Source: the human T2T-CHM13v2.0 reference genome, Homo sapiens. From it: a stretch of DNA of 64,000 nucleotides. The notes beneath the pieces were generated by a model, which was not told the DNA's origin, searched no databases, and saw only the letters and a program-made list of their open reading frames with translations. The stretch is from NCBI RefSeq assembly GCF_009914755.1, contig NC_060943.1. The stretch is one strand, 5' to 3'. Below are positions 36,327 through 49,219 of this stretch, piece after piece. How positions within the stretch are numbered: position 1 is the stretch's first letter; each line of letters opens with the position of its first letter. Position numbers and translations under genes: made by a program.

Positions 36327-36782
36327 CAGCTGAGCCTTGAGCAACACCAGTAGTGATGGGGTGCTAATCGCCCCCCACCTCCAGTCAAAAATCCAGGTAT
36401 AACTTTTGATTTCCCAAAAACTTAACTACTGATAACCCATTGTTAACCAGAAGTCTACTGAAAACATAAACAGTTGATTAACACATATTTTGTATGTTAC
36501 ATGTATTATATACTGTATTCTTATAAAAAAGTAAGCTAGAGAAAAGATAATGTGATTAAGAAAATCATAAAGAAGGGAAAATATATTTACCATTCATTAA
36601 GAAGAAGTGGATCATCACAGTTCATCTTCCTCGCATCCTCCCCGAGGTCATATTGTGTGGGCTGCAGTGGAAAAGGAAGAGAAGAGGTTCATTTTGCTGT
36701 GTCAGGAGTGGCAGGGGTAGAAGAAAATCCCCTGTATAGTTGTACCTGCTTAGCTCAAACTGGTGTTGTTCAAGGTCAACTG
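36327..36782. mobile_element. Tigger2a/MER28-like DNA transposon
   Basis: Terminal inverted repeats CAGCTGAGCCTTGAGCAACAC / GTGTTGTTCAAGGTCAACTG; TA target duplication on both sides. Confidence 0.85.
36591..36661 (-). other. ZNF677: Predicted 71-nt 5' UTR exon exonised from the Tigger element
   Basis: Acceptor TCTTCTCTTCCTTTTCCACTGCAG| and donor ATG|GTAAAT. Confidence 0.65.
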
Positions 36783-36914
36783 TATTAAACTAACTGGTTA
36801 AACCAGATTTTAAGTGGTAAAAGATTATCAACACCTTAGAGTGAAACACTGTGAAATCAAGTACCAGACATAAAAGAATAGTTCCAATATATGATAAAAA
36901 GTAGAAAGCATTTA

Positions 36915-37310
<396 letters not shown>

Positions 37311-38069
37311 TTACATTTAAGACAAGTTGAATACACGTCAAATTTAGAAAATGACACAAGCCACACACAAAAAAGGAGGGAATAATATTGTTAATGTCTG
37401 TTTGCAAAAGCAGCATACGGTGTCACAGTTTCTTCCCATTTCTTGACTCTCCTCAAGATCAGAGAAAGGGAAGAGGGTGAGCTGGAATTAACTGAGCTAA
37501 GTCAGTTAACCCTCTGGCTGAATAAGGGTTGCTTCTGATGTAATAATTAGAAAACGCAGAAGCCTCACACCGTAGTTTTGCAATTTTCATGCTCTTCTGC
37601 ACAAACAATGAAGCAAATTTTAAATTAATTATAGAGCCATACATCAGTACTTCACAACTTAATGTTCCATATTAAATCAATCCACACTCACATGGATTTG
37701 GGTGCCCCCCCCTTTCTCCACCATTATGTGATTTTTTTCCCCCTCTCTATAAATGTTTCTCTTCCACCTTCTGTTTCTTTCCTTTTCTTTTTCCCATTTC
37801 GGCGTTTTCCTGTCCCTTTCTGCTCATTTGGCTTCCCTTCCTCTCCTTCTCTGACAGAGTGTTTGGCCCCATCCTGGTAGCATCCTTTTTTTCAGTCCCT
37901 GCTATTGTTTCTGATGGCTCTCTAATTTCGCGCATTTCTCCCTCTTTATCCTCCATTTCTGCTTCCCCTCTGTTCTCCCTGGAGAAGGGCGAAGGGTGTG
38001 TATCCACCCCGAGTGAGGGCTTTACCAGGGGGAGGGAAGAGGGAGTCAGAGAAGAGTTTTAAGCAGAGA

Positions 38070-38830
38070 AACGACGCGGTGGGCGGTCGGTGTCCACACT
38101 GACCTAAAGCAAAAAGGTCGGGGCCAGTACCCACTTCAGAACGATTTTAATCCGAAATGGACGCAGATCTCTAGACCCTCTCGGAGCGACGGGACTGAGA
38201 ACGTCTTAGGGCCACGCCGCGAGAGGAATGAGCAGGTTCGGGGTTTTAACCTACAGGGCGACCCCAAAACCCGACAGCGGAGCGTGGGAACCTGTGGCCC
38301 GCGAGGCGCAGGCTTGAACCCGAAAGACGGAGACTCACCCGAGAGCGCCAGTAGCCCCGCGAGATCCGCTTCCGGGTCGGCAGGAACCTGCGCGTACGCG
38401 AGTGCACTGGGGCGGCGCAAGGGGCAAGGGCAGGGGCAGGGCGCGGACAACTGTGGGGATGGGCGGGCAAATGGCGGGGATGGGCGGGGACAATGGCGGG
38501 ATGGGCGGGGACAATGGCGGGATGGGCGGGGCCTAGGGGTCGGACTGCCGGACCTCTCCTCGGCGCGTCCCAGCGACTTTTTTAGGCCTGTTTGTCGCCC
38601 AGCAGTACTCGATTCTTCACTTTTGGATTCCCTTGAATCTCTATGGTGTCCTTTGGAGCCTAGCTAAGTAAAAAATTAGAGACCTGTGGGCCCCTTATAT
38701 TGGAATCGGAGCTTAAGATGGGAAAGGTTTGCTTGAAAACGTTTCTGCGAGCGATGGAGGCGCGTCCTGCGACGAGGCGGGAGGAGCGCTGGGACCTGGT
38801 GGATGGGAGAGGGCGACGGTATAAGGAAGC
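38070..38830 (-). promoter_or_regulatory. ZNF677: CpG-island promoter and non-coding exon 1 (3' end at 38339)
   Basis: High CpG density; donor TCGG|GTGAGT at 38339/38338; ETS-like CTTCCGG (38369-38375), GCGCGTACGCG and several GGGCGGG boxes. Confidence 0.88.
38445..38531. repeat. About 21-bp promoter minisatellite (GGGATGGGCGGGGACAATGGC), about 4 units
   Basis: Direct inspection. Confidence 0.9.
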
Positions 38831-39261
38831 TCTTGGATCCAGGAACTTCTGAAATCCGGACGATTAAAATTTGTATTTAATTAAGCGAAAGCTGGAGTTG
38901 TCTGCGTAGGTGATGGAAACTGGAATGAGATGCATTTTTGTGCCTGTGCGGAGTGTACAATTTTATATTGACTTTCACTGGAACGTAATTTTTATTTCCG
39001 CTCCCCAGTCACCCAGGAGGCAGAGATGCACCATGGGCTGAGTTCCAGAGAATTTATGGGGTCAGACCCTGGGCGGTGGGGGGTGGAAGGCTGAGGCTTG
39101 GCTTTAAAAGAACGCAAAGTTCTGCTTGTATCGATCTAAATTTATTTTCCTTTATTATCCTAATGCACATTTCTTGAGATAAATTACAAATCCAAGTGCT
39201 GGATTTATTGGAGTTGGTATGTTGTGTTTTGCCTAAGTTATTAATTACTAATATACTATCG

Positions 39262-39563
39262 TTATTATTATTTTTATTATTATTTTGAGATGGAGTCTCT
39301 GTTTCCCAGGCTGGATTGTAATGGCGCGATCTCGGCTCACGGCAACCTACGCCTCCTGGGTCAAGCGATTTTCCTGCCTCAGCCTCCCGAGTACCTGGGA
39401 CTACAGGCGTGTGCCACCATGCCTGGCTAATTTTTGCATTTTTAGTAGAGACGGGGTTTCACCACGTTAGCCAGGTTGGTCTGGGACCCCTGAGCTCATG
39501 TGATCCGCCCACCTGGGCCTCACGAAGTGCTGGGGTTATAGGCGTGAGCCACCGCTCCTGGCC
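39262..39563 (-). mobile_element. Alu
   Basis: Antisense dimer with (TTA)n tail. Confidence 0.9.
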
Positions 39564-39926
39564 TTTAGTCTGTAAAGTCTTTATTCTCAGTTATTTGGAA
39601 GAGTATTTTTAACATAATATGTGCTTGGCAATTCTCCTGGCCAACTGAATTGATTTCTCTTGGGCCCAGAGAGGAAACTTATTGACTGGAGGCTCCCCAA
39701 GAGAAGATGAGCCCATATGGGGGTATCTGAGTAAACCAAGGTCTATCCACTGTCTCTTTGGGTCTCTGTTTTTGTAACTGGGAATTACATCTGATAACAG
39801 GTGAAGGGTGAAAAAAAAATGAGAGTGCATTTTAGCATAAAAATACATATATGTTATTTACATATAAACATACACATATAAAAATTCTATTTATTTTACA
39901 TATAAAAATACATATATGTATTTAAA

Positions 39927-40071
39927 TTTTTTTTTTTTGAGACGGAGTCTCACCCGTACAGACGGGGTTTCACCGTATTAGCTACGATGTCTCGATCTTT
40001 TGACCTTGTGACCCACCCATCTTGGCCTCCCAAAGTGCTGGGATTACAGGTGTGAGCCACAGCGCCCAGCC
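39927..40071 (-). mobile_element. Internally deleted Alu
   Basis: Tail and the end of the right arm joined directly to the left arm at about 39955. Confidence 0.8.
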
Positions 40072-41062
40072 TCTTTCTCTTTTCAATGTATTAAATGCAC
40101 AAGATTCCATACTTTCAAATTCCATTTTGCAGAATTATTATATTTTCATAGGTTTCCCAAATCAAATATTAATTCAAGTTTCAGTTAGTTGTTTTAAAAT
40201 AATAAATATATAGTTACATAATCTTTAAAATGATTCGTTTTCTAGCCTAAAATGCTTTATCACCTTTTATGTTTCATGTCTCATATTTTAGTGCACACTC
40301 TACCTAATGTTGTACATTAATTTCCGTGATGGGTGCCGTAGTATTTTTAGTCTTTGCAGACAGTGAAATGAGTGTTTCTGCTGGTATCTTAACATCTACT
40401 CACATTAAATACATTGGGTCATATGAAATTATTTAGTGCCTATTATAACTTATCAAGACCTATGAATATTCACTCATAAGTTATATTGATATGTAGAATA
40501 AATACTTTGACAAAAATAGGAAATTATCAAACCAAATTTATAAAGTGAACATGACAAATATTTATACATATGTAGGTGTGCGTGTATGTATGTGTGTGTG
40601 TATATGTATATATATGTGTGTATAGATATATAAAGGACACAACTAGGCAACTATTATAGCGTAGTAGTGAACACCAATGTTACTGCAACCAGGCTACTCA
40701 CGTTCAAATCTTCACTCTTCTGGTATTTAAATGAGTCACCTAATCTCCTTGTGCTTAAACTCTTTTAGAGTTGGTGAAAGGAGAATAATATGAATTCCTA
40801 CCTCATGGAGTTGTGAATATTAAATGTCAGAATAGGTACAGCATTTATAAAAGTCACTCATACATTGTAGGTGCTGTAAAAAGAAATACACGAAATGGGA
40901 AATTTGTTAACAATATATCTCTCTATATATTTCACTTTTAATATTCAGGGGGAAGAAATCGTCATAAGTGAAAGGTTATTTTCCATGAAAATGTGGCCCA
41001 CAACTCGTGTTGCCATGCAGAACCTTCTGCTTACTCAATATTGAGTGCTGGAAAATGACAGA

Positions 41063-41103
41063 ATGGCCTCTGTGGATCTGAAAATTGGAATGATCTTCCT
41101 ATT
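41063..41103 (+). pseudogene. VN1R2: Stranded ancestral 5' coding end of VN1R2 (MASVDLKIGMIFL)
   Basis: CAGAATGGCCTC start context is identical to VN1R4; upstream acceptor CCATGCAG| at 41020 is shared with VN1R4; in frame with 42161 onward once the LTR is removed. Confidence 0.9.
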
Positions 41104-42160
41104 TGTGGGCAGCAAGCCACCCAGCTGCCGAGGCAAGAGACCGAGGGCACGAGCTGTTCCAGCATAATAAAATATATAAAACAACAAGAGTTATATTAGA
41201 TCTAGATCATAGACATGATTATATATGAATATCATTAATCATTAGTTGGTAGCAATTACTCTTTATTCCAATATTATAATAATCCTCGCTCTATAATCAT
41301 AACCTAGGAAAAGCCAGGCCATACAGAGATAGGAGCTGAGGAGACATAGTGAAAAGTGACCAGAAGACAAGAGCGCGAGCCTTCTGTTACGCCCAGACAG
41401 GGCCACCAGAGGGCTCCTTGGTCTAGGGGTAACGCCAGCGTGTGGGAAGACGCCCGTTGCCAAGTGGACCGTGGTCTAGCGGTAGCGTTAGTGTCAGGGA
41501 AAAACACCCGCTATTTAGCAGACCGGGAAAGGGAGTCTCCCTTTCCCTGGGGGAGTTTAGAGAAGACTCTACTCCTCCACCTCTTGTGGAGGGCCTGACT
41601 CAGGCCCACCTGCAGTTATCCAGAGGCCTGTCTCCCTGTGATGCTGTGCTTCAGTGGTCACGCTCCTGGTCTGCCTTCATGTTCCATCTTGTACACCTGG
41701 CTCTGCCTTCTAGATAGCAGTAGCAAAATTAGTGAAAGTACTAAAAGTCTCTGATATGCAAAAATAATGGCATAAGCTGTCTCTCTCTCTCCCTCTCTCT
41801 CTCTCTGCCTTGGCTGCCAGGCAGGGAAGGGCCCCCTGTCCAGTGGACACGTGACCCATGTGACCTTACCTATCATTGGAGATGACTCACACTCTTTACC
41901 CTACCCCTTTTGCTTTGTATCCAATAAATATCAGCGCAGCCTGGCATTTGGGGCCACTACCAGTCTCCTGCTTTGTATCCAATAAATATCAGCGCAGCCT
42001 GGCATTCGGGGCCACTACCGGTCTCCGCGTCTTGGTGGTAGTGGTCCCCCAGACACAGCTGTCTTTTCTTTCATCTCTTTGTCTTGTGTCTTTATTTCTA
42101 CACTCTCTTGTCTCTGCACACGGAGAGAAACCCACCAAACCTGTGGGGCTGGACCCTACA
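41104..42160 (+). mobile_element. Solo ERVK-class LTR (LTR13-like), 1057 bp
   Basis: TGTGGGCAGCAAGCCACCCAG...GGCTGGACCCTACA (TG..CA); TSD CTATT at 41099-41103 and 42161-42165; AATAAA twice. Confidence 0.92.
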
Positions 42161-43069
42161 CTATTCCAGGTAGTTGTTGGAATCCTGGGGAATTTTTCAC
42201 TCTTATATTATTATATGTTCCTTTACTTTAGGGGATACAAGCCAAGATCCACAGATTTGATTCTCAGGCACCTGACTGTAGCTGACTCCTTGGTTATCCT
42301 ATCTAAAAGAATCCCAGAGACCATGGCAACTTTTGGGTTGAAACATTTTGACAATTATTTTGGATGCAAATTTCTTTTGTATGCACACAGGGTAGGCAGG
42401 GGTGTGTCCATTGGAAGCACCTGCCTCTTGAGTGTCTTCCAGGTGATCACCATCAACCCTAGGAACTCCAGGTGGGCAGAGATGAAAGTAAAAGCCCCGA
42501 CATACATTGGTCTCTCCAATATCCTGTGCTGGGCCTTCCACATGCTGGTAAATGCCATTTTTCCTATTTATACAACTGGCAAATGGAGCAACAACAACAT
42601 CACAAAGAAAGGAGATTTGGGATATTGTTCTGCCCCACTTAGTGATGAAGTCACAAAGTCAGTATATGCAGCATTGACATCCTTCCATGATGTTTTGTGT
42701 CTGGGGCTCATGCTCTGGGCCAGCAGCTCCATCGTTTTGGTCTTGTACAGGCACAAACAGCAGGTACAACACATCTGTAGGAACAATCTCTACCCCAACT
42801 CTTCTCCTGGGAACAGAGCCATCCAAAGCATCCTTGCATTGGTGAGCACCTTTGCATTATGTTACGCCCTTTCCTTCATCACCTACGTTTATTTAGCTCT
42901 CTTCGATAATTCCAGTTGGTGGCTAGTGAACACTGCTGCACTAATCATTGCCTGTTTTCCAACTATTAGCCCTTTTGTTCTCATGTGCCGTGACCCCAGC
43001 AGATCCAGGCTCTGCAGTATCTGCTGCAGAAGAAATAGACGATTCTTTCATGATTTCAGGAAAATGTGA
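41882..43069 (+). CDS. VN1R2: Vomeronasal type-1 receptor 2 (395 aa from the first ATG; first 93 codons LTR-derived)
   Basis: Intronless 7TM ORF with V1R motifs GILGNFSLL, HRVGRGVSIGSTCLLSVFQVITINP, LYRHKQQVQHI, FPTISPFVLM. Confidence 0.93.
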   Translation: MTHTLYPTPFALYPINISAAWHLGPLPVSCFVSNKYQRSLAFGATTGLRVLVVVVPQTQLSFLSSLCLVSLFLHSLVSAHGEKPTKPVGLDPTLFQVVVGILGNFSLLYYYMFLYFRGYKPRSTDLILRHLTVADSLVILSKRIPETMATFGLKHFDNYFGCKFLLYAHRVGRGVSIGSTCLLSVFQVITINPRNSRWAEMKVKAPTYIGLSNILCWAFHMLVNAIFPIYTTGKWSNNNITKKGDLGYCSAPLSDEVTKSVYAALTSFHDVLCLGLMLWASSSIVLVLYRHKQQVQHICRNNLYPNSSPGNRAIQSILALVSTFALCYALSFITYVYLALFDNSSWWLVNTAALIIACFPTISPFVLMCRDPSRSRLCSICCRRNRRFFHDFRKM

Positions 43070-43672
43070 ATTGGCTGTCTTGGTTTATGTTCGGCCACTG
43101 ATGCACTCAGACCTCAAGGGATCTTAAGAATGATTATCAGCCAATTTCACTGCAGAGAGAGGGGTGAATAAGACAGAGACTTATCCAATGTGAAATACTA
43201 AATAATAATAGCCATAGTAAATGAAATCTTATGTAATTAACATGTGAGTACTTATATAGTTGTATTTTTTATTAATGATTGCAGTGAAGAACTTCAGATT
43301 CCATAAAATAGTCCTGAAATAATGTATAGATACTGAAAACATCTTTAAATGTGTGATGTCCAATCTGAGATATTAAATTTTCCTAAGACGTACTAGAGCT
43401 TGGAATTGTATAAATGGGCATAGCAGTTGCCTAAATGGGCATAGCATGTGGGTGGTTGTTATGGTTTGGATATTTGACCTCTTGAAATCTCATTTTGAAA
43501 TTGTGCCTTACATCCCATAAAAAAACTGTGGACATTTGAAATATGATGATGTTTATTGAGAAAGATTAGTATATTAAAATATTTCCAGGTAAACATTTGA
43601 AGAATGATCCATAAGAGACAAAAAGGAATATAGGGAGCTGTGTCAGCTCACTTTTACAAAGGGTGCAGATGG

Positions 43673-43963
<291 letters not shown>

Positions 43964-44226
43964 AGGGTGCACATAGGAGACAACAAGTAAATAGAGATTT
44001 GGCAGGTGGGAAAGAAATTGAATGGATTTTTGAGATATTCAAAAGGTAGATTGTTCTGGGTAAGCCTTGATAGAGCTGGCTATAGTGGCAAGAAGTAGGT
44101 TTCAGGATGGACTTTTTCATTTCCAACTTGAGACAAGTTTTTGGAATAAACTTCCTCAGCCTTGGAGCAGCAGATGAATACAATTTGGAGCCAAAATACA
44201 TGAATTTGTTTTGTTTAATGCAGAAC

Positions 44227-44948
<722 letters not shown>

Positions 44949-44969
44949 TTATAAACGGTTATAATTTTT

Positions 44970-45800
44970 TAAATTAAACATTTTATTGTAGAATAATTGT
45001 AGATCTGGAGAAAATTTGCAAGTATAACACAGAGAGTTCTGAAATATCCGTCACCCAGTGTCCCTCATGTAAACATGTTGCCATGAAACATTTGTCAAGA
45101 CTAGGAAATGAACGTTGGTTCATTCCTCTTAACTGACTTTATTTATATTTCACCGGTTTTAACACAGTCTTTCTTCTCTTTCAGGGTCCAGTCCAGGACA
45201 TCACATTACGTTTAGTCATCTTGCCTCCCCAGCCCGTTTTGCTCTGTGTTTTTGTTTTTCATGATCTTGACAACTTTGAAGAGCATTGTTTTACTTTTAG
45301 AATGTCGCTAAAATTGAATTTGTCTGTTGTTTATCTCATGGATAGACTAGTTTTATGGGTTTTGGGGAAGAAGACCACACTTGTCACATCATATACTGTC
45401 AGAAGTCTAAGGAAATTTGGATGAGTTATCTCTGGTGATGTTAATCTTGATCAGTTAGTTAAGATAGTGTTTGTCAAGTTTCTTCACTATATGGTTACTG
45501 TGTTTTCCTTTCCACACTCTAATCTTTGGAAGGGAGTTTCTAAGCCCATCACACACACTTAAAGTGAGTATGTGTGTTTGTGTGAAAGGGGCATTGAATT
45601 AACCTTCACCTGCTGGGAGGTATCCACATAGATTATTTGCCATCCTTCTGTAAGGAAGATATGTCTTTTCTCCTTCATTTATTTGTTTGTTCAATTATTT
45701 ATTCATATCAACATGAACTCATTGATATTTATATTTTGTTATATAATTCAATGCTAAGGAATTAATTTTGTTACTTAAGTTTTTACAGCTTTGGTCACTG
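44970..45800 (-). mobile_element. Old L1 (L1MC/ME-like) fragment
   Basis: Antisense L1M 3' UTR motifs. Confidence 0.6.
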
Positions 45801-45805
45801 GAAGT

Positions 45806-46450
<645 letters not shown>

Positions 46451-46517
46451 ACAAACCACATAATAGAAAATAAAATTGCAAAGTAAACTAATAAAGTCTT
46501 CAAAAAAGAGGTTATCA

Positions 46518-47268
46518 CTCAAAGTCTTCTCTTCTAGCTATCTTGAAATATACATGACATTGTGATTTGCTATAGTCATCTCACTGTGTAGTAGAAACTA
46601 TTCTTCTTGTCTAATTAACTTTGTACCAATTGATGAACATCTCCCAGCAGCAGTCCCCCACCCCTTCCCTCCTGGGCCTCTGGTAACCACTATTCTACCC
46701 TCTACTTCTATGAAATCAACTTTTTTAGATTTCACATGAGTGAGATCATGCAGTATTTGTCTTTCTATGTCTGGCTTATTTCAGTAACATAATGTCCTCC
46801 AAGTTCATGCATGTTGCCACAAATGACAGGATTTTATTTTGTTTTATGGCTGAATAGTATTTCATTGTGTATATATACCACATTTCTTTATTTGTTCATC
46901 TTTGTATGAGCATTTAGGTTGATTTCATATCTGGACTATTGTGAATAGTGCTGCAATAAACATGGGAGTGTAGATATCTCTTTGACATACTGATTTCATT
47001 TCCTTTGCACGTATATCCAGTAAGAAGATTGCTGGATTACATGGTAGTTCTATTTTTAATTTTTTGAAGAATCTCCAAACTGCTTTCCATAATGGCTTCA
47101 CTAATTTGCATTCCTAACACTACAAAGAAATGATAAATGTTTAAAGCAATTAACATGGTAATTACCAGCATATGATTATTATACAATGTATACATGTATT
47201 GAAACATCACATAATACCCCATAAATATGTACTATTATTATGTGTCAATTACAAATTAAAAATTAGTG
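46518..47268. mobile_element. 5'-inverted (twin-primed) L1MA-like insertion
   Basis: Antisense segment 46518 to about 47117, then a sense 3' end; TSD AAAAAAGAGGTTATCA / AAAAAAGGGGTTACCA. Confidence 0.75.
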
Positions 47269-47284
47269 AAAAAAGGGGTTACCA

Positions 47285-48095
47285 AATGTCTAATAAACAA
47301 AGAAAATATGCTCAATTGCCTTAGTATTCAGGGAAATAAACATAAAACCGCTAACTAGTACTCAAATACACTAACCAGAAGGCTAAAATGAAAATGACAG
47401 AATATACCAAGGGTTGACCATGACGTGAATAAACTAATGATCTCACACTGCTGAGGGTTGTGAAAATTGGTGTAAACCTGTTGGAAAACTATTTGTCAGT
47501 GTCTGAAACAGCTTAACAGACACAAAATTATGTTAAGTAGAACTTAACAATTCTACTACTGTATATATACATATCTCTCTCAAATAAACTCATACGTGTG
47601 TCACCAAACCACAAGAGATATATATATATATATATCTCAAATAAATTCATACATGTGTCACCAAAACACAAGTTCTAGAATGTATATACCAGCATTATTC
47701 ATAATAGCCCCAAACTGAAAACTACTCACATGTACATCGAGAACGGAATGATTAAGTTAATAGATATTTACACAATGGAATTCTATGCAGCAATGCTAGT
47801 GAATGATCCATAACCACCTGCAAAAATACAGACATATTCACAAACAACATATACAATACAAGATGCCAGATACAGAATAGGTTATTTTGTATGATTCCAC
47901 TTACAGGAAGTGCAAAACACATCAAAGTGATCGATGCTATGAGATGTCTGAATAGTGCTGAATCCTTGGGAGTCATGACAGGAAGGAGTGCATGGGGACA
48001 CCTTGGGTTCCAGGAATAGCCTGTTTTTTCATCTAGAAGATGCATAGGAGATGCGTTCAGGTTTTAAAATTTCATAGAGCTGTGCACATTTACAC
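47285..48095 (+). mobile_element. Old L1ME-like 3' fragment
   Basis: GCATTATTCATAATAGCCCCAAACTG and TGTATGATTCCACTTA motifs. Confidence 0.65.
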
Positions 48096-49219
48096 AGCTG
48101 GGAGATGGTACATAGGTTACAATTTAGAGAACTGGGAGATGGTAAATAGGTTAGGGTTTTAATGTGCCAATATTGCCAAGGTGAAAGTTAAAGGTCTTAC
48201 ATAACTTTATGATTATTTTATAGAAGTAATTTCAAAATGTAAAACGAAGATAGTGAGTACAAAACCTTCTAAACAAAAGTGCAAAATGTAGAATTGCTTT
48301 AAAAATGTTTTAAAAACACAGAAGTTAAAATAGAAAGAATAAGAAAATAGGGAAAGTGTAAAGAACACAGAATAAATTGGTAAACATAATCCTGAATATA
48401 TCCATTATTACATTAAACTGAAACAGACAAATAATTTTTGTTATAGTAACATTGTTTGACTATAATTAATTGAATATTTTAGACAGATACATAAAACATT
48501 ACGAAAAATATACAATAACGAAAAATACATTCTATGTAATTTTAACCAATTAAACAACTAGCATGGCTATGTAAATATCACATGAAATAGACTTCATAGT
48601 TGGTTTAACTTGTCACTATTATAATTAATATTTTTCTGCATTTCTTAATGTAAACATTTCTAATATTCCTTGGTAGATAGCAAACATAATGCCACTTACT
48701 ATAAACATACACACAGGTATGTTCCATCTTGCTTTGTGATCTAATGTGCAGTACATAATCCTAAGTGCCTCATACAAGTTAAAAATGTTTCCTTATTTTC
48801 GTTCATGAAGTTCAATACGTTAAGTCAAACGAATTCTTTTGTTCGATGAACTATTGAATCTTTAATACTTTGCATCAGCTTCATAATGAAAATAAAGACT
48901 CAGTATGTTAGATTGTTTCTTATAATTGGGGCATAAGCATTTTGCTCCTTTGGAAGTCTACCTGTCATAATCTCCACACGAACACAGTGGATTCATACTT
49001 TCTCCCTCAATATAGCCATTTCTCTGCTATTTCAAGTAAATTTGAAGGAAATGAATGTCTGTGCTCACTTGCTCACCTTAGAGGTAGGAAAACGCAACCC
49101 CCAAATCTCTTTCTTTCCAACATGGCCAACTGGCATCTTCACATGATAAAGAAAAAGAGTCTACCATCTACTCATCTAGATCCTCAAATCTATGCAGTCT
49201 CACAGAGTGTGTGTGGTTT

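Noticed and set aside
41876-41881. Track starts for VN1R2 (41876) and VN1R4 (51180)
   Set aside because: They are TTG and GTG codons; the first ATGs are at 41882 and 51159.
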